Counted from the stretch's first letter, positions 27,278-36,963 are shown. The stretch: 64,000 nt of DNA from an uncultured Bacilli bacterium (GCA_910584085.1 CAJTZY010000001.1:51830-115829); one strand, 5' to 3'. Notes: generated from the sequence alone by a model not told the origin. A program made the numbers and translations.

Positions 27278-27348
27278 AGCAGTTCCCCTTTCTTAATGGC
27301 GTCTATAATAATACTTTTTTTATCATTTGTCAAATTCTAAAACTTAAT

Positions 27349-27407
27349 TATACATGCCTAACTAAGCACAAACTCAGTTTTTATATGCTTTTATTTACGT
27401 CTCATCA
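27349..27407 (+). repeat. tRNA-Gly 3' flank module (copy Y1)
   Basis: tatacatgcctaactaagcacaaactcagtttttatatgcttttatttacgtctcatca aligns with 30510-30570 and with 12316-12360. Confidence 0.6.
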
Positions 27408-27441
27408 TACTTTTTATTTTCAGAATTTAATTTATTTTTTT

Positions 27442-28329
27442 TCAATTTTTATTTTTTAATATATAATTAATAAATTCATTACAACTATTGCTCAATATAT
27501 TATTTTTTAATGTAATAATACCATATGATATTCTAGGAGTTTTAGGAATTGTTTCAATAATAAATAGTTCTTTATTTTTTAATTCCTTTTCCACATATAA
27601 TTTAGTTACATATCCTATACCATAACCAATTTTTGTAAAATCAATAAGTAATGATGAACTTCCAATATTTAATTTAGAGTCGACTTCCAAATTATTTTCT
27701 TTAAATAATTTTTTCACACTAAAATAGGAATTAGAAGGCTCTTTCTGAAGTAATATTGGATGTTTTACTAAATCAATTAATTTCATAGGTTGTTTTAAAT
27801 TGTTATATAGTTCTTTATTAGCCACAAATTCATAAGAAGTATCTCCAATTTTGATAAAATTTAAATCACTTTCTAAATTATCTGGCAATTTACAAATTAT
27901 TAAATCAAGTAATCCATTTTGTAATAATTTAATATTATCTTTAGTTGTATCAGTATTAATTTCTATTTTTATATTAGGATATTTTTTATAGAAAGTATTT
28001 ATATAATCCATTAATAATCTTACTAAAGTAGTACTTATGCCAATTCTTATTGTTCCACAATAATTATCTTTATAATTTTTTATTTCATTTTCGACATTAT
28101 CTAATATCGTTAATGCATTTTTAATCTCTAAAAATATTTTTTGACCTATTGGTGTTAGAACAACACCTTTTCTTGTTCTACTAAATAATATAACACCTAA
28201 TGAATCTTCTAAATTTTTTATATGCTTTGTTATAGCAGGCTGCGATATATTTAATTCTTCACTAGCTTTTGTTATATTTTGATTAATTGCTACAATATAA
28301 AATATCCTATATAATTCAATGTTTACCAT
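27442..28329 (-). CDS. LysR-family transcriptional regulator
   Basis: N-terminal wHTH: ELYRIFYIVAINQNITKASEELNISQPAITKHIKNLEDSLG. Typical length of 295 aa. Confidence 0.9.
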   Translation of the reverse strand: MVNIELYRIFYIVAINQNITKASEELNISQPAITKHIKNLEDSLGVILFSRTRKGVVLTPIGQKIFLEIKNALTILDNVENEIKNYKDNYCGTIRIGISTTLVRLLMDYINTFYKKYPNIKIEINTDTTKDNIKLLQNGLLDLIICKLPDNLESDLNFIKIGDTSYEFVANKELYNNLKQPMKLIDLVKHPILLQKEPSNSYFSVKKLFKENNLEVDSKLNIGSSSLLIDFTKIGYGIGYVTKLYVEKELKNKELFIIETIPKTPRISYGIITLKNNILSNSCNEFINYILKNKN

Positions 28330-28352
28330 AACATCACCAATTAAATTATATC

Positions 28353-28367
28353 ATAACTTAAAGTTAT
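28353..28367. promoter_or_regulatory. Candidate LysR box (T-N11-A type dyad)
   Basis: ATAAC-ttaaa-GTTAT, a perfect dyad in the divergent intergenic region. Confidence 0.45.
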
Positions 28368-28441
28368 TGCCTATATATAATATTTGTATTTTACATTATA
28401 TAAAAAAATAGTGTATAATGCAATTAGAAAGAGGTGAAAAT

Positions 28442-29464
28442 ATGACAAGACAAGAAATTAGAGAAATTGTAATGAGCGGTAATACGGGAGAATATTCACA
28501 TGTGATAATATGCTGTGATACTTTCGATTATGAGGATTATCCAGTGTATGTTAAATATGAAGAAGATATTAAAAAAGTGGTAGCAGATTATAATGATCAT
28601 AATAAAATGAGTAGCGTTATGGAGGTATATAACTATAATTTAGAATTAGAAAAGCAATTAAATGAAAGAAGAGCTTATCATATAGAACCATTAAATAAAT
28701 ATAAAAAAACTGTTAAAAACAATGAAGAAAAAATGCCAGAGAAAGTGGAAACAGCGAGTTCCCAATATGATAATAATATAAGTGAAAACTTGAAAAAGGC
28801 AATTGATTATGCAGTAAGAATGCATAAAGGACAAACAAGACTAAATGGTGAACCATATATAAAACACCCTCTACACGTTGTTCAAAATGTCTTAAAATAT
28901 AAAAAATCAAAGAATATTGAGGCATTATTAATAAGTGCATGTCTACATGACACAATAGAAGATACTGAAGCTACTTACTATGATATATCTCAAAATTTTG
29001 GATCACAAGTAGCTAGCTTAGTTTTAGAATTAACTACTGATGAAGATATGAAAAATGCACTTGGGAAGCAACAATATTTATCAATAAAAATGAAGAATAT
29101 GAGCAGTTGGGCTCTTGTAATTAAATTATGTGATAGACTCGATAATGTGAATGACCTATTAGATTGTAAAGATGAAAAATTTAAAAACAAATATGTAACT
29201 GAAACAATAGAAATTATGGATTATCTCTTAAAAAACGCAAAATTATCAAATACTCATATAACAATCATAGAACAAATATTATGCTTATTAATTCAATTAA
29301 GTAAAGATGATAATGAAAAGACAACAAAATTAACTGAAATCATTGATAGATACTCAAAATTAAAAATAAGTTTGCATAATCAAGATGAAATATTTTCAAG
29401 ATTAATGAAAATTACTAATTATATGGATGATAATGGTAATATGTGTAAAAAATTAATTTTATAA
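28442..29464 (+). CDS. RelA/SpoT-type HD hydrolase domain protein (small alarmone hydrolase-like) with extra N- and C-terminal regions
   Basis: AIDYAVRMHKGQTRLNGEPYIKHPLHV and ACLHDTIEDT match the (p)ppGpp-hydrolase HD domain. The first ~120 aa are unrecognised. The ATG at 28442 follows AGAGGTGA. Confidence 0.75.
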   Translation: MTRQEIREIVMSGNTGEYSHVIICCDTFDYEDYPVYVKYEEDIKKVVADYNDHNKMSSVMEVYNYNLELEKQLNERRAYHIEPLNKYKKTVKNNEEKMPEKVETASSQYDNNISENLKKAIDYAVRMHKGQTRLNGEPYIKHPLHVVQNVLKYKKSKNIEALLISACLHDTIEDTEATYYDISQNFGSQVASLVLELTTDEDMKNALGKQQYLSIKMKNMSSWALVIKLCDRLDNVNDLLDCKDEKFKNKYVTETIEIMDYLLKNAKLSNTHITIIEQILCLLIQLSKDDNEKTTKLTEIIDRYSKLKISLHNQDEIFSRLMKITNYMDDNGNMCKKLIL

Positions 29465-29662
29465 TTACATTTTTCGAATAATTATACTAGAATAGAATAA
29501 AAAATTATATATAATGTTTATGAAAAAAACTTATTAGTCCGTAAGATGTTGCTTAATTGCTCCATGTAAAAGATAAAAATGATTATGATAGATAATTTCA
29601 CAAAATATATGATTTTATTCTAAAATACGATACTATATTAAAAACAAGGGAGGTTTATAAAA

Positions 29663-30388
29663 ATGACAAGTGAAATTGCAAAAAAATATGAATACTATAA
29701 AAAATATGGAAATATTATTATGGACTATGATGAAATATTAATATTTTATCCAGATTATTTCAAAACGAAAAATGAATTAGAACAATTAAAATTTATTTCT
29801 AAAGAAGAGGCAGATGAATATTTTGAAAGTCATTATAAAAGTTCAATATTATATGAAAAATTAACTGCTCTAGCAATGGCTGAAGATGAAATATATAATT
29901 TTATGAAACATAATATGGAATTTAAATATTCACAATTCAGTTTATTATTCAAAGAATCAGTTTCTTCCGTTATTCAACTTTGTGAATTAATTGATTATAT
30001 AGGTCATTATCCAACAACATGGCCTGTACCAAAAGAAGAAGAAAAAAATCCAAAATTGGAAGGGTTACTTGAACAATATGATATTATCGTTAGATATTAT
30101 TTATATGATGAGCTTGATAAAATGCAAATTACTTCAGATGATGTTGTTAGAATAATTGAAACCTTAAAGTGTAGATTAGCATACGTTAATTCAGTATTAA
30201 AAATAACTTACAATAATGAATGGTTATTAACTAGAAAAACATCTGAAGAAGAAAATGTAGAACTTATTAATCAAGCATTTGAAGATATTAAATGGTTTCC
30301 TTTATCTAATTATCAAACTGAAAATAAATCCAAACGTGAAGAGGGAAAAATGTATTTAAGACTTCAACATAGGAATAATATTATTTAG
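29663..30388 (+). CDS. Hypothetical protein (241 aa)
   Basis: ORF with GGGAGG RBS. No motif recognised. Confidence 0.65.
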   Translation: MTSEIAKKYEYYKKYGNIIMDYDEILIFYPDYFKTKNELEQLKFISKEEADEYFESHYKSSILYEKLTALAMAEDEIYNFMKHNMEFKYSQFSLLFKESVSSVIQLCELIDYIGHYPTTWPVPKEEEKNPKLEGLLEQYDIIVRYYLYDELDKMQITSDDVVRIIETLKCRLAYVNSVLKITYNNEWLLTRKTSEEENVELINQAFEDIKWFPLSNYQTENKSKREEGKMYLRLQHRNNII

Positions 30389-30452
30389 TAAAAGATAAGA
30401 AAACTATTTTAATTTGAATATGTTATATATATTTATAAACAGAAGATTATAT

Positions 30453-30590
30453 GTATTCTTTCGTTATTGGAAAAGAATTGTAAATATCTACGCCACTTGC
30501 TCCATATATGTATTTAACTAAGTCGAAATACTTAGTTTTTATATGCATTTTTGGACTCACGTCTCAGCCAGTTTATTACTTTAGAATTTA
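30453..30590 (+). repeat. Best-conserved duplicate of the tRNA-Gly 3' end plus flank (copies X6 + Y2)
   Basis: 30494-30507 (cacttgctccatat) is identical to 12286-12299, which is the tRNA acceptor 3' strand, CCA and 3 nt beyond. It is followed by terminator hairpin aactaagt-cgaaat-acttagtt plus a T-run, then a flank homologous to 12297-12375. Confidence 0.75.
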
Positions 30591-30597
30591 TGCCAAA

Positions 30598-30846
30598 CGA
30601 AAAGTGAACAGAAGTGTTGATAATATTTTTTATAGACTTGGATATGTAGAAACATTTGTAACAGGTATTGGAAGAATTATGGATAGTTATGAACAATACA
30701 GCAAAAAACCAAATTTTGATTTGATAGAAACCACATTTTCTATTACATTGCCTAATAACTATAAAGCTAACATTGTTACTCCTAGTTTATCTCAAGAAGA
30801 TATAATTATTAATTATTTGAAAGAATATAATAAAATAAATAGATGA
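30598..30846 (+). pseudogene. C-terminal fragment of an AlbA_2/ATPase-like putative DNA-binding protein (often annotated RecG-like)
   Basis: RLGYVETFVTGIGRIMDSY...TFSITLPN resembles the C-terminal part of that family as I remember it. The first 30 codons of ORF 30508-30846 run through the repeat and terminator and are not credible. Confidence 0.4.
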
Positions 30847-30952
30847 TAACTTAGGATAAAAAATAAATTATGAAGATTTATCAAATTTTTTAGTAGTGAA
30901 TACTTATATGATGCAGAAAGTATTTACCATGATTAATGGCATTTCATTTATT

Positions 30953-31645
30953 TTAACTATTTAAATAATCATTTAAATAGTCTGTCCATTCACTAGCATT
31001 TTCCTCATCAAATAAGTGATATAAAAAATCTACAATGATTTGATGTCTATTCTTTGATTCCTCTTTTCCTGCCTCTGTTAACATTAAATCTTTCAATTTT
31101 AATATTTTTTCAAATATATGGCATACACTGCTATCAGCGCACTTTCTTGTATATTTTTCTGCAGTCATATCTTCAATTGGAAATATATCTTTGTTGAAAA
31201 AAGGTCTTCCATTTTTCATACTATAAGTATAAACTCTCAAAATTCCATTAGCACCGAGTGCATCGCACATATCAGCATCAGATACTATTTTACCTTCAAG
31301 AGTTGTTGGACAGCAACCTTTTAATCTTTTACTATAACCAATATTATTAAGAGCAAGACATACTTGATCTTGTATATTTTTATCTACATTACAATCATTC
31401 ATAATCTTTTTAGCATTCGTTAAATTTTCAGCACTATCTATTCCAAATAATTTATAATCATCTACATCATGAAGTAATGCAATTAAAGAAACAATATCCT
31501 TATTTCCATTTTCTTTGTCAGCAAATTTTAAAGATAACTCCAAAACCCTATTTATGTGTTCCATTCCATGACCAGAATTATCTTCACTTAATAATTCACT
31601 TACCTGTGTCTTTACTTTTTCTATCATTATTTTTGTTTTTTCCAT
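30953..31645 (-). CDS. HD-domain phosphohydrolase
   Basis: HGMEHINRV, LLHDVDDYK, and SDADMCDALG. Confidence 0.8.
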   Translation of the reverse strand: MEKTKIMIEKVKTQVSELLSEDNSGHGMEHINRVLELSLKFADKENGNKDIVSLIALLHDVDDYKLFGIDSAENLTNAKKIMNDCNVDKNIQDQVCLALNNIGYSKRLKGCCPTTLEGKIVSDADMCDALGANGILRVYTYSMKNGRPFFNKDIFPIEDMTAEKYTRKCADSSVCHIFEKILKLKDLMLTEAGKEESKNRHQIIVDFLYHLFDEENASEWTDYLNDYLNS

Positions 31646-31773
31646 TTATCTCACCTTAATTATATTATACAATAAATAATAAAATTTTAATATATTGTTA
31701 TTGAATTTTAACAGTAATTCATATATAATATAAATATTCTAAAAAGGAATAGGTTTGTAAAATATAACCGTTT

Positions 31774-31791
31774 ATTGATAAATTTATCAAT
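31774..31791. promoter_or_regulatory. 18-bp perfect palindrome (candidate operator)
   Basis: ATTGATAAATTTATCAAT, between the divergent HD (-) and HAD (+) genes. Confidence 0.35.
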
Positions 31792-31843
31792 ATTACCTGA
31801 AATTTAACATATCAAAATTACAACTATATAAAGGAGGATATTT

Positions 31844-32602
31844 ATGAATTCAAATGATAAAGACATAATTAATATTTTTGATTTTGATGGAACATTAACT
31901 ACAGAAACTTGGCCCAAGTTTTGGGTATGGGTTAAAAAATTTGGATATAGTGGTGAAAGAAGAAATAATGAATTAGAAACTGCACTTTCCCATTATAGAA
32001 ATACGCATAGTGGAAACAAAGTTGAAACATTTTTTGGATTCTTTAATGATTTACTAATTAGTAGTAATAAAACAATTACTCAAGACGAACTTATGGAAGG
32101 AGAAAAATATATCCAATATAGCTTAGGTCTAAAAGAATTTTTATCTAAAACAGATGCCAAAAATTATATTGTTTCAGGTGGTCTAAAAGAATTTTTACAA
32201 AATCTTAAAATAGCCGTAAATTTTTGCGAGGTCTATGGTACTTCTGTAAACATTAATAAGAATGGGGAAGTATCTAGTATAGATGAAATAATGACAGATG
32301 ATAAAAAAATATTAGCAATCTGTGATATATTAAAGAGACATAATAGGAAAGAAAAAGACTGCAGTAATGTATATTATATAGGTGATGGATATAGCGATGC
32401 ACCAGCAATGAAATTTGTGCATGATAATGGTGGAAAGTCAATTTTTGTAGTTCAGCCTAATCAAAATGATGAATTTCAAGAAGAAAACAAGAAAATTTAT
32501 GAAAGATTGAATTATGAAGGGGTAGTTGATTTTTATTGTATGGCGGATTATAGTGATGGAAGCACTCTTTCAAAGGTACTAGAAAGAAAATTAAAAATAT
32601 AG
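31844..32602 (+). CDS. HAD-superfamily hydrolase
   Basis: Motif I IFDFDGTLT and motif IV-like IGDGYSDAPAM. Confidence 0.75.
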   Translation: MNSNDKDIINIFDFDGTLTTETWPKFWVWVKKFGYSGERRNNELETALSHYRNTHSGNKVETFFGFFNDLLISSNKTITQDELMEGEKYIQYSLGLKEFLSKTDAKNYIVSGGLKEFLQNLKIAVNFCEVYGTSVNINKNGEVSSIDEIMTDDKKILAICDILKRHNRKEKDCSNVYYIGDGYSDAPAMKFVHDNGGKSIFVVQPNQNDEFQEENKKIYERLNYEGVVDFYCMADYSDGSTLSKVLERKLKI

Positions 32603-32618
32603 TAATGAGGAAAAGATT

Positions 32619-33065
32619 ATGATTGAAGAAGTATCTTATGATAATAATTATTTTTTAGAACTATGTAAAAAACTAGAAAAGGAACATATTGATGTAATAG
32701 CAGAACAAAGATCTCCAGGTGGCAATTGTTTAAAAAATTTAAATAAATATATCCATGTATTGTTATATTTTGATGATGGCAAAGCAATAGGATCTTTAGC
32801 CATTTCAAAACCTGTTAATAATATAGTTGAAATAGGAAGAGTATATGTTTTACCAGAGTATAGAAATAAAAAAATAGCAAGAAATTTATTTGAAGAAGCC
32901 TTTATAATTATTAAACAAGAAGGAAATAAATCTGCAATATTAAACTCATATAAAAGATTTGAAGCTGCAGTACATTTATATAAAAAATTAGGATTTCAAA
33001 TTGTTGATACGTTTGATGATTTAAAAAATTCCCCATATTCAATTTGTATGAAAAAAGATTTTTAA
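32619..33065 (+). CDS. GNAT-family N-acetyltransferase
   Basis: RVYVLPEYRNKKIARNLFEEA (motif A-like) and LYKKLGF. Confidence 0.75.
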   Translation: MIEEVSYDNNYFLELCKKLEKEHIDVIAEQRSPGGNCLKNLNKYIHVLLYFDDGKAIGSLAISKPVNNIVEIGRVYVLPEYRNKKIARNLFEEAFIIIKQEGNKSAILNSYKRFEAAVHLYKKLGFQIVDTFDDLKNSPYSICMKKDF

Positions 33066-33093
33066 AAATACAGATGTTTTGTAATATTTATTT

Positions 33094-33118
33094 AGTCGAA
33101 CTTTTTAGTTCGATTTTT
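33094..33118 (+). terminator. Intrinsic terminator
   Basis: Hairpin tcgaac-ttttta-gttcga followed by TTTTT. Confidence 0.65.
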
Positions 33119-33243
33119 CAATTTAAAATAATGTATTGATAAATTTTTTCATATATATAAATATTTGATAATAAAAATGAGTATAGAATAATAAAAAAAT
33201 CAAACAAAAATGTTTGATTTAATCGTTTTATTGATGTATATAA

Positions 33244-34137
33244 TTATTTATTTTTCTTTAATTTATTTTGCAAAATATAAATTGCTAACAAAACTACAAT
33301 AGATATAATCATAATTAAATACATATTTGTCTGTGAAACATTATTTCCAAAAAATGATAAATTACAATCTATCCCATCCTTAATTCCCTTAATTGATTCA
33401 GGAGGAACATTGTAACTTGAAAGTTTATTTAATGCAGCACTTAAAGCATGATTTTTAATTAATGATGTTCCATACGTACCTGGCAAAAATAATAATACTC
33501 TTTGAAGTCCAATCCCAAAAGAAGAAATTGGCATATATGCTCCACATATAAATCCATATCCAGCACTTACTATAGTACCAACTGCAGAAACTTGACCTTG
33601 TGATTTAAGATTAAAATTAACTATAGATGATAAAGCACATCCAAATAATGTTAATATGATTATATCAATTAGTAATAACAATATATCACTTATTGTATAG
33701 AACCAACCCTGAGTATAAGTATAAATTAAGCATAAAACTAAAGCTACAATATTGACAATAATAGTTGAAATAAATGAAGCAATAAAATAAGATAAACTAA
33801 CAATACCCTTATTTATAGGAGATACATTAATATCCTTAGCCGCCCCAGAAACCTTATCTGAAACCATTAACAAATTTGAGGTAAATGCAACTGTTATACA
33901 ACTAACTGCTAAAAGTGAGGATAGTATTTGACCACATACTAGTGCATTAATTATTTTATTTGATACATTTATCCCTTCTGGTATTGTTGATGTAAAAGTA
34001 TCTTTAAATATACCTCCCAAAAAAGAAGCATATAAAACTAATAAAATTGCTGGAGTAATTAATGAAGTAAAAAACATTGCTTTATCACTAAAGTATAATT
34101 TAATATTTCTCTTTGTTAAACTTAAAAATTTATTCAT
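33244..34137 (-). CDS. ABC-2 type transporter permease
   Basis: A ~297-aa polytopic membrane protein immediately downstream of, and overlapping, the ATPase gene. Confidence 0.75.
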   Translation of the reverse strand: MNKFLSLTKRNIKLYFSDKAMFFTSLITPAILLVLYASFLGGIFKDTFTSTIPEGINVSNKIINALVCGQILSSLLAVSCITVAFTSNLLMVSDKVSGAAKDINVSPINKGIVSLSYFIASFISTIIVNIVALVLCLIYTYTQGWFYTISDILLLLIDIIILTLFGCALSSIVNFNLKSQGQVSAVGTIVSAGYGFICGAYMPISSFGIGLQRVLLFLPGTYGTSLIKNHALSAALNKLSSYNVPPESIKGIKDGIDCNLSFFGNNVSQTNMYLIMIISIVVLLAIYILQNKLKKNK

Positions 34138-35042
34138 TATTTTCCCTCCAATTCATATCCAGTAGCAGAAAGGAAAACATCATCCATTCGTCCCTTAATT
34201 ATTTCATAGTCTTTAAATATATTTTTATTTTTAATTATTAAATTGGTTGCCTGTTTGGTATTATCAATTTCTATTTTATAAGCATCTCTAACTTTCTTAT
34301 ATGGTAAATTTAACTTTTTTATTTCTTCTTCTGTTATATTATAAATAATAATTGTATCTGAAGCATATTTATTTTTTAATTCTAATGATGTGCCTTCAGC
34401 AATTATTTTTCCTTTATCTAGAATAGTAATGTAATCAGCATCAGCGGCTTCCTCCATATAATGAGTTGTTAAAAATACAGTCATTTTATAATCTTTTCTT
34501 AATTTTCTAATTATATTCCATATTTTCTTTCTTGTTCCAGGATCTAAACCCGTTGTTGGTTCATCCAATATTAATATTTGTGGATTATGAATAATTGATC
34601 TAGCAATATCAACTCTTCTTTTTTGACCACCAGACAATTTAGATATTGGCTTATTCTTTATTTCTTTTAAATCAAATAACTGTTCTAATTCATTATACCT
34701 TTTATCAAATTTGTCTAGAGTAATTCCATATAATCCAGCTCTAAACTTTATATTGTCATAAACTGATAGGGATTTATCTAAGACTGATTCTTGGAACACA
34801 ACCCCAATTTGATTTTTAATATATTCAGAATCTTTTGCAACATCTTTACCACATACAAATATTTTACCAGAATCTATTTTTAAATTTCCACATATCATTG
34901 AAATTGTTGTACTTTTACCAGCTCCATTAATTCCTAAAAATGCAAACAATTCTCCATTTTTTACCTTTAGGCTTAATTTATTAACAGCCTTAACATTTCC
35001 AAATGATTTACATAAATTTTCTATTTTAATAATTTCTTCCAT
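34137..35042 (-). CDS. ABC transporter ATP-binding protein (DrrA/ABC-2 type)
   Basis: Walker A GINGAGKST, signature LSGGQKRR, Walker B ILILDEPTTGLD. Confidence 0.9.
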   Translation of the reverse strand: MEEIIKIENLCKSFGNVKAVNKLSLKVKNGELFAFLGINGAGKSTTISMICGNLKIDSGKIFVCGKDVAKDSEYIKNQIGVVFQESVLDKSLSVYDNIKFRAGLYGITLDKFDKRYNELEQLFDLKEIKNKPISKLSGGQKRRVDIARSIIHNPQILILDEPTTGLDPGTRKKIWNIIRKLRKDYKMTVFLTTHYMEEAADADYITILDKGKIIAEGTSLELKNKYASDTIIIYNITEEEIKKLNLPYKKVRDAYKIEIDNTKQATNLIIKNKNIFKDYEIIKGRMDDVFLSATGYELEGK

Positions 35043-35176
35043 AAATAACTCCTTTGTTTTGTTAATTATATCATAATAAATTAAAATTTAATAATAGATT
35101 ATACTAAATTTGATGATAAAAGAAATTATGTGATAAATACCCACATTGTCAAATTATGTGTTAAAATAATATACAG

Positions 35177-35980
35177 GTGATTCTCTTGAATATTTATAAA
35201 AGTTTAAATGAAATAACTAAATATATAGATGATAATTTAGAAGAAAAAATAGATTATAATGTTTTAGCAAAATTTTTGGGTGTGAATGCTTATACCATGC
35301 AGAGATTATTTACTATGATTGCGGGTATTTCATTATCTGAATACATTAGAAAAAGGAGATTATCTAACGCTGGATATGATTTATATGAAGGAAATTTTAA
35401 AATAATAGATATTGCACTTAAATATCAATATGATAGTCCTACATCATTTTCTCGTACCTTTGAAAAATTTCACGGTGTTAAACCCAGTTTAGTAAATAAA
35501 AAAACAAAACTTAAAAATTTTCCTAGAATAATATTTAATGAAGAAATTACTATTACAACTGAACTTGATTATGAAATAATAACTTTAGATAATATGGATT
35601 TATACGGAATAAGTATTTCTGTTAACAATAAAATAATAGGTGAAAAAGCCCCAATATTTTTTAAAAAAATAGAAAATAAATATAGAGATAAATATGGAGA
35701 AGTTAAGTATGGAATGATTACATATGATGTAGTTAGAGAGGAGAGTCAAAAATATTATTGCCTATATGACAAAGTTATTAAAGAATTTGAACATATTAAA
35801 ATACCACAAAGTAAATGGTTAAAATTTGTAATTAATTCACAAAAATCAGATGAAATACAAGATATGTCACATAAATTTTATAAAGAATTTTTACCGTCTT
35901 GTAAATATAATTTAAAAGAATTACCAGAACTGGAGTATTACCACGATAATATAACTGAATTTTTAATAGCTATATATTAA
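35177..35980 (+). CDS. AraC-family regulator with a GyrI-like effector-binding domain
   Basis: HTH region: LAKFLGVNAYTMQRLFTMIAGISLSEYIRKRRL...SPTSFSRTFEKFHGVKPS. The C-terminal ~150 aa is consistent with a GyrI-like fold. The start is uncertain (GTG 35177 or TTG 35186). Confidence 0.75.
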   Translation: MILLNIYKSLNEITKYIDDNLEEKIDYNVLAKFLGVNAYTMQRLFTMIAGISLSEYIRKRRLSNAGYDLYEGNFKIIDIALKYQYDSPTSFSRTFEKFHGVKPSLVNKKTKLKNFPRIIFNEEITITTELDYEIITLDNMDLYGISISVNNKIIGEKAPIFFKKIENKYRDKYGEVKYGMITYDVVREESQKYYCLYDKVIKEFEHIKIPQSKWLKFVINSQKSDEIQDMSHKFYKEFLPSCKYNLKELPELEYYHDNITEFLIAIY

Positions 35981-36857
35981 TTCTTTTATTCAAAATATTG
36001 ATAAATTTAGATACTGTAAAACTTGGTATAAAATTGCTTTTAATAGCATATCCAAGTTTTCTTTTTGGTATTTTTATGTTCGTTTTTATTTCAAATAAAG
36101 ATTTATTTAACCTATCTTCTATAAATTCTTGTGTCAAAAGTGCAATTCCAAAGTCATTTTCAGCGAGTTTCACTAATAAACCATGACTTGCAACTTCCAT
36201 TTTTGGATTACATGTCAGATTATTATCCTTTAAAAAAGTGTTAAAATTAACCCTTGTAATTGATGGAACTTTTTGCAGTAATATATCTTCATTTAACAAA
36301 GTTTCAACATTATTACAAACTTTATTTTTATATTTTTTACCTCCCACAAAAATATCATTTAAATTTGTTATAACTTTATAATTTATATCATTTATACTAT
36401 AATCTGGAACAGCTGTTATTATAATATCTAATGTTCCATTTCTCAAATTATTGATTAAAGATTCAGTTAAATTATTAGTAATATTAATAACTATATTTGG
36501 ATACTTACTATGAAATTCTTTTAAATATGGCATTAAATAATATTCTGAAATAGTTGTTGTAGACCCAATATTTATGACACCTTCATCTAAATTTTTTAAT
36601 GATGTAAATTTGTTAGTTCCATTAATAAAATAATTCATACCTTCTTTAATAAATTCAAATAATTCTTTTCCTTCATTTGTTAAAACAACCCCTTTTGGAG
36701 TTCTAATAAATAAGGTGCCACCTAGTTCATTTTCTAAAGTTTTAATAGACTGAGTAACAGCAGGCTGACTAATCATTAATTTTTCTGCGCCTTTTGAAAT
36801 ACTTTTTTGATTTGCGACTTCATAAAACACTTTGTATAGTTCAAAATTAATATTCAT
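35970..36857 (-). CDS. LysR-family transcriptional regulator
   Basis: MNINFELYKVFYEVANQKSISKGAEKLMISQPAVTQSIKTLENELG. GAGGAGGA precedes the ATG at 36857. The 409-aa ORF in the track is an unsupported 5' extension. Confidence 0.9.
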   Translation of the reverse strand: MNINFELYKVFYEVANQKSISKGAEKLMISQPAVTQSIKTLENELGGTLFIRTPKGVVLTNEGKELFEFIKEGMNYFINGTNKFTSLKNLDEGVINIGSTTTISEYYLMPYLKEFHSKYPNIVINITNNLTESLINNLRNGTLDIIITAVPDYSINDINYKVITNLNDIFVGGKKYKNKVCNNVETLLNEDILLQKVPSITRVNFNTFLKDNNLTCNPKMEVASHGLLVKLAENDFGIALLTQEFIEDRLNKSLFEIKTNIKIPKRKLGYAIKSNFIPSFTVSKFINILNKRINI

Positions 36858-36874
36858 GTTTTCCTCCTCTTGAC

Positions 36875-36889
36875 ATAAGTATAACTTAT
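36875..36889. promoter_or_regulatory. Candidate LysR box
   Basis: ATAAG-tataa-CTTAT dyad (it also contains the palindrome GTATAAcTTATAC) in the LysR/36964 divergent region. Confidence 0.45.
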
Positions 36890-36963
36890 ACTGCACATAA
36901 GAAATATATATTTGAATTATACCATACTTTATAATATAATACAAATCGAAAGAAGGAGATATT

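Noticed and set aside
30508-30597. The N-terminal 30 codons of ORF 30508-30846.
   Set aside because: - This part is the duplicated tRNA-Gly flank, including a terminator hairpin.
- Only the downstream part resembles a real protein fragment, so the ORF is called a pseudogene fragment.
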